Source: Pseudohongiellaceae bacterium (lineage in GTDB: Bacteria; Pseudomonadota; Gammaproteobacteria; Pseudomonadales; Pseudohongiellaceae). Taken from it: DNA of 64,000 nucleotides. Every line of letters begins with the position of its first letter. The stretch's first letter is position 1. The notes below the pieces were generated by a model, which saw only the letters and a program-made list of their open reading frames with translations, made no database searches and was not told the origin of the DNA. Made by a program: the position numbers and the translations under genes. This document shows, piece after piece, positions 60,294 to 64,000 of this stretch. The stretch lies in the NCBI GenBank assembly GCA_033721235.1, contig JAWWAY010000007.1, forward strand, positions 60,731 through 124,730. Direction: 5' to 3'.

Positions 60294-61082
60294 CTAGAAC
60301 AATCCACTTGGCTCAGCTTCTATATCCCAACTAAAGATCAATACCTCTTTCGCATCCGATCCCTTGCCGCCACCGCAAGTGTACTTAATGTCTGTTGTCT
60401 CGATATGGAATCCAGCAAATGCTCGTCTGATGTCTGGGTGATCATTTAAGCTGATAATTGCCTTGCCTTTCATTGTTCGCATTATCTGGGCCATCAGCTC
60501 ATACTGATCAAAGCCAAAATCTACCCCGTAACCCTCGGTTTCCCAATATGGTGGGTCTAGATAGAAAAATGTGTGGTCACGGTCATAGCGCTCAATACAC
60601 TTATCCCAAGGCAAGTTCTCAATGTAAGTGTTGGCCAATCGCAAATGCGCAGAGGATAGACTTTCCTCTATCCTAAGCAAGTTCAAGCCCGGAGGCTGAG
60701 TAGTAGCAGTGCCATAGGTTTGTCCAGACACTAGCCCACCGAACGCGCTTTGCTGCAGGTAATAGAATCGCGCTGCGCGCTGAATGTCCGTCAACGTCTC
60801 AACACGAGTCATCTTCAGCCATTCGAACACCTGCCGAGAGCTGAGCGCCCACTTGAACTGCCGTACAAACTCCTCAAGGTGATTCTGCACGACCCTATAT
60901 AAGTTGGTAAGGTCGCCGTTTATATCGTTGAGAACTTCGACTTTCGCTGGTTCTCGAAGGAAATAGAGAGCAGCGCCACCCGCGAACGGTTCGCAGTAGC
61001 ATTGGTGTTGCGGAAAGAATGGAAATATACGGTCAGCAAGACGGCGCTTACCGCCTATCCATGGAATTATTGGGTTTGTCAT
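60294..61082 (-). CDS. DNA adenine methyltransferase (Dam/D12 class, N6-adenine)
   Basis: N-terminal IPWIGGKRRLA...EPFAGGAALYF (SAM motif I) and the catalytic motif IV DPPY (FFYLDPPYWETEGY). Confidence 0.88.
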   Translation of the reverse strand: MTNPIIPWIGGKRRLADRIFPFFPQHQCYCEPFAGGAALYFLREPAKVEVLNDINGDLTNLYRVVQNHLEEFVRQFKWALSSRQVFEWLKMTRVETLTDIQRAARFYYLQQSAFGGLVSGQTYGTATTQPPGLNLLRIEESLSSAHLRLANTYIENLPWDKCIERYDRDHTFFYLDPPYWETEGYGVDFGFDQYELMAQIMRTMKGKAIISLNDHPDIRRAFAGFHIETTDIKYTCGGGKGSDAKEVLIFSWDIEAEPSGLF

Positions 61083-61230
61083 GACTTAGCCTTTATCAGT
61101 ACAACGATTATCTGTTAGGCTTCGCGACGCTGTGTACACGGCGGCGAGCCCTAGCTCGGTCACGGCTTAATCGTGGCTGAGGTCTTGAGAGAGTTGCCGC
61201 TCTCTCAAGTCGCTCGTTCTTCTCTGGCCT

Positions 61231-61830
61231 TTATGGCCAGCCCTGCTCTATATCAATACTCTCTAGTGCAACTACGGTAGCCGCCGCAGCAATGCTCTCT
61301 AGCAAAGCAAACTCGTTATCCATAACTGCTTGGATGTAGTCATCAACTGCATCGACAATGGCAATGAACTGGCTGTCAGTCACTTCTAATCGATCACCAG
61401 CTTCAGTAACGATCTTTCGCGTCGGCTTAGTAGACATACGAGCGCCCACCAGCAGGCTCCGTGCCTCTGCAGTTGTGGCTATGAGTACGCCCCCCACGTC
61501 AACTCCTGCGTCACGTGCTGTGCTTGCTTTAGTACGCACTTGAGCGATCATCTCTTCTTTAATGTCACTTAGCGAATGGGCTTGCTGTATCCAGCTCACG
61601 CGCCATACACCATCCACTTTCTGTGGTTCAGAATGGGAAAGCTGCACAAACGTTTCGTTTACGTCCGGCTTTTCATCAACCTCGACTTCGTAAATACCAA
61701 AGGCGTTCAAGTCAGATGAAGCAGGGTTCGCTTTGAAGAGCGTGCGCGGAAAATCAGCCCGTAGCTGCTTCTTGGTTGGAGAGTATGGATAAACTACTTC
61801 ACCGGTATCGGTAACTCTTAAACTTGGCAT
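61231..61830 (-). CDS. Phage protein, DUF4376-like C-terminal domain (tail-fibre associated)
   Basis: 199 aa. The C-terminal half (IKEEMIAQVRTKASTARDAGVDVGGVLIATTAEARSLLVGA...) resembles the DUF4376 pattern seen next to phage tail-fibre genes. This is recollection only. Confidence 0.45.
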   Translation of the reverse strand: MPSLRVTDTGEVVYPYSPTKKQLRADFPRTLFKANPASSDLNAFGIYEVEVDEKPDVNETFVQLSHSEPQKVDGVWRVSWIQQAHSLSDIKEEMIAQVRTKASTARDAGVDVGGVLIATTAEARSLLVGARMSTKPTRKIVTEAGDRLEVTDSQFIAIVDAVDDYIQAVMDNEFALLESIAAAATVVALESIDIEQGWP

Positions 61831-61842
61831 GATGCACCTCTT

Positions 61843-62490
61843 CTATATTGGACTTATTGCTAGCAAGACTGCGTCTTTTCTTGAAGCTGCAGACGGTTCA
61901 AATGTGCGAGTACCGCTAGCGCCAGCATCTAGCCCCTCTTCGTAAAATATCTGCAGGTTTGGCCTATTGCCGTCGACCTCCGAAAGTAATAGCTCCATAC
62001 CTTCTGTTGAAGCAAAGTCTCCGAAGCGTGTGGCCACAGGTGCCAGTAACAGACTTCCAGCACTGGCGACAACAATAGACTCAGCAACAACGTCATTCGA
62101 ATCATTGTCTGTAAATACAACGCTTCCAGCTGTATCCCACACTCCGCCCTTGATAAGTATCATGAACCCAACAAGGTCTGAGCTGCCGCTGGCAGTGAAT
62201 GAGTATGATCCCGGCTCTGATGCGCTTGCGACGCGAGTTTGTACACACAGGCCCGGATAATTAGAGGTATTAATCGCTCGTAGCGAAAATGACGCATGTG
62301 TGCCCCAATCCCTATCATCGCCACAGCACATCACCGCAACCAGCAAATCTCCCAACTCGACTCCCGATGGTACTGATAGGCTTAACGATGAGCTTCCTGC
62401 AACGACTGCCTGTGAGCTGTTGCTGATTTCAATAGAACTGACAGATGCCCCGAATTTAGCGGCCATAATGTTTCTGCGAGCACTAAGCAT
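61843..62490 (-). CDS. Hypothetical phage-associated protein
   Basis: 215-aa Ser/Ala/Gly-rich, beta-rich ORF with an 8-nt overlap with the upstream ORF. An alternative start is ATG 62466. I recognise no motif. Confidence 0.45.
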   Translation of the reverse strand: MLSARRNIMAAKFGASVSSIEISNSSQAVVAGSSSLSLSVPSGVELGDLLVAVMCCGDDRDWGTHASFSLRAINTSNYPGLCVQTRVASASEPGSYSFTASGSSDLVGFMILIKGGVWDTAGSVVFTDNDSNDVVAESIVVASAGSLLLAPVATRFGDFASTEGMELLLSEVDGNRPNLQIFYEEGLDAGASGTRTFEPSAASRKDAVLLAISPI

Positions 62491-63166
62491 AGTTGAGTCC
62501 CACTACATCAAGAGTGAAAGACGCACCGCCATCAATAGTCTCTAGAACCAATTTATCTAGGCCAGCTACAGTGAGATCTGGCAATCCTGCTTCTGGTATT
62601 TTGACGGTTGCAGGCCACGTGATGCTTTGACTTCCACCATTAGTAAGCCAGATAACTATGCCTCCACACTTAGAGGCCGCTGTGGGATTGGAAAGACTGA
62701 AAGTAGTAGCAGCTGTATCCACAGTGGCAGTCACAATGTTGCCGAGACTCAAATCAATATCTATAGCACCTCCACCCAAGCTACCCATGGCGTTGACAGA
62801 CTCAGCAGTGCGTCCTAGTGTCTTGCTTGTGAGGGTTTGCTGGTCGTTAGTACCAACAACGTCTCCAGCGGGTAGATTCAATTCCTGAATTGCGCTAGCC
62901 AAGTCACTTGGGGTCAGTAACTCGTCGTTTGCAATTGCGTCAGCGATAAAACTAGCCATCGCAGCAAGTGTTGGGGATTCCGCAGTTGCTGCTAGTGCCT
63001 CCAGTGTTGGTTGGAGATCTGCAAGACTCTCAGCTTGAGCCACATAGGTAGCTAGCGTGGTAAAATTGTCGCTAAGCGTTAAAAGTTTCTCCACATAGCC
63101 TTGTCCTGCGTCATACGGGTCATCTTCTTTATCAAAAGCAATTGGATCAAAAGTAGGTACGGGCAT
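62483..63166 (-). CDS. Phage tail-fibre-like protein
   Basis: 227 aa. It contains VVGTNDQQTLTSKTL, resembling the xQTLTNKTL motif I recall from phage tail-fibre or tailspike N-terminal regions. A beta-rich C-terminus follows. Confidence 0.4.
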   Translation of the reverse strand: MPVPTFDPIAFDKEDDPYDAGQGYVEKLLTLSDNFTTLATYVAQAESLADLQPTLEALAATAESPTLAAMASFIADAIANDELLTPSDLASAIQELNLPAGDVVGTNDQQTLTSKTLGRTAESVNAMGSLGGGAIDIDLSLGNIVTATVDTAATTFSLSNPTAASKCGGIVIWLTNGGSQSITWPATVKIPEAGLPDLTVAGLDKLVLETIDGGASFTLDVVGLNYA

Positions 63167-63167
63167 T

Positions 63168-64000
63168 TCACGCCTCCTGCAATGCGAATTCTAAAGTGTG
63201 TTTAGTGGCGTTGCTGTTTCTTAGTCCCGAAGTACTTGTCACGTAGCACACCATGCTGTGATCGCGTTCAAGTTTTCCGCCACGCTCTGGAAATAGACTA
63301 ACGAATATCTCGTCGAAGTCCGCTGTATTACGAATAAAGTCAGCCCATGCGGAGCGCTCGGCATCAAGTATGCGAGGTAGTGTTAAGCGTATTGAACGCC
63401 TCTTGATGCCTACGTCACGCTTAGGAGAGCCTCCCTCAGAGAATTCAAGCTTGGAAGTGCTGCTGTAGCTCAGTTCGTAGCCGTAGCGGAAGTTTCGAAC
63501 AGGTGAGACCGCTTGCCCAAATAATATGCGGTTAATATCAATGTAGCCTGCCGGGTTGCCATCACTGATAATAACGATCTCACCAGACTGGGCCACGATA
63601 GAGCCAAACCATAACACTGAATAGGGTCTGTCCCACTCGTCAAACACCGAAGCGCTTAACGTGTCTATTCCCCAGTTCAATTCACCAGCGGTCTTTGGTA
63701 CAAGTGCTTCTGCAACGTCGGACTCGAAAAGTGTGCCAGTCTTGTTTGGCCCAGACCAAAGCCTCAGCTGGTAAGTATCTCCAACACGCAGGTTGTGACC
63801 ATCAAGTACCAGGGCCGAAATACGCTTCCGTTCCGGTAACTCAAAAGCGATTGTCAATCCGTTTTCGTCAACAGCAGTGGATCGAAAGCTCTCTGTGCGA
63901 TTACTGTTCTGCACGTTCTCCACAGGCATCGTGCTGACTAGCGACGGTACCGGGGTGGCGCTCAGCGTGGCTGATCTAGCTAGGTTTTCCACAATCACTC
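63168..64000 (-). CDS. Phage structural (tail/baseplate region) protein, possibly 5'-truncated by the window
   Basis: The ORF is open to within 2 nt of the window end. GTG 63998 may or may not be the true start. It ends 2 nt before the next ORF. No motif was recognised. Confidence 0.4.
   Translation of the reverse strand, partial: VIVENLARSATLSATPVPSLVSTMPVENVQNSNRTESFRSTAVDENGLTIAFELPERKRISALVLDGHNLRVGDTYQLRLWSGPNKTGTLFESDVAEALVPKTAGELNWGIDTLSASVFDEWDRPYSVLWFGSIVAQSGEIVIISDGNPAGYIDINRILFGQAVSPVRNFRYGYELSYSSTSKLEFSEGGSPKRDVGIKRRSIRLTLPRILDAERSAWADFIRNTADFDEIFVSLFPERGGKLERDHSMVCYVTSTSGLRNSNATKHTLEFALQEA

Larger units (their letters stand above)
60294..64000 (-). mobile_element. Phage-derived module (prophage end or remnant), truncated by the window edge
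   Basis: Five co-oriented, tightly packed ORFs: a Dam-type methylase plus tail-fibre-region-like proteins. They directly abut the core groESL locus. No integrase or att site is visible in the window. Confidence 0.6.

Noticed and set aside
60231-60449. 72-aa plus-strand ORF at the phage junction
   Set aside because: It overlaps the 3' end of the well-supported Dam methylase on the opposite strand. It has no RBS or motif.

Overview
This is a 64-kb chromosomal window from a gammaproteobacterium. Gene order closely parallels Pseudomonas/Cellvibrionales-type genomes, but the taxon cannot be fixed without a database search. Most of the window is conserved core. It contains yraN-lpoA divergent from rsmI, the ydbH-ynbE-ydbL envelope operon, and RNase P RNA. 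A complete dcw cluster follows (mraZ-rsmH-ftsL-ftsI-murE-murF-mraY-murD-ftsW-murG-murC-ddl-ftsQ-ftsA-ftsZ), then lpxC, an M23 peptidase, secA, argJ and a MutT/ThiE-like fusion. Further on are yacG-coaE-pilD-pilC-pilB divergent from pilA, then nadC, ampD-ampE, aceE-aceF, panE, yajQ, ampG, fxsA and groES-groEL. Five parts are accessory or atypical. (1) A monocistronic 675-aa secreted protein of unknown function lies at 32027-34051. (2) The pilA-nadC interval (39.3-42.5 kb) holds two tandem pilin paralogues, a membrane accessory protein, an orphan c-type cytochrome and a secreted HNH/DUF1524-type nuclease. (3) A FecCD-type ABC importer has no binding-protein gene but is co-oriented with an alpha/beta-hydrolase fused to a polytopic membrane domain (50.2-53.8 kb). 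(4) A tandem pair of ~185-nt structured non-coding repeats sits just downstream of groEL (59.75-60.16 kb) and carries CsrA/RsmA-like GGA hairpins on the minus strand. This is the most unusual signal I found. (5) A phage-derived module with a Dam methylase and tail-fibre-region genes runs off the right edge (60.3-64.0 kb). No CRISPR array, rRNA, tRNA, transposase or integrase was seen. All product calls come from motif and synteny recognition by eye, with no searches run. Several ORF-track starts were shortened to in-frame starts that have an RBS or stop/start coupling.
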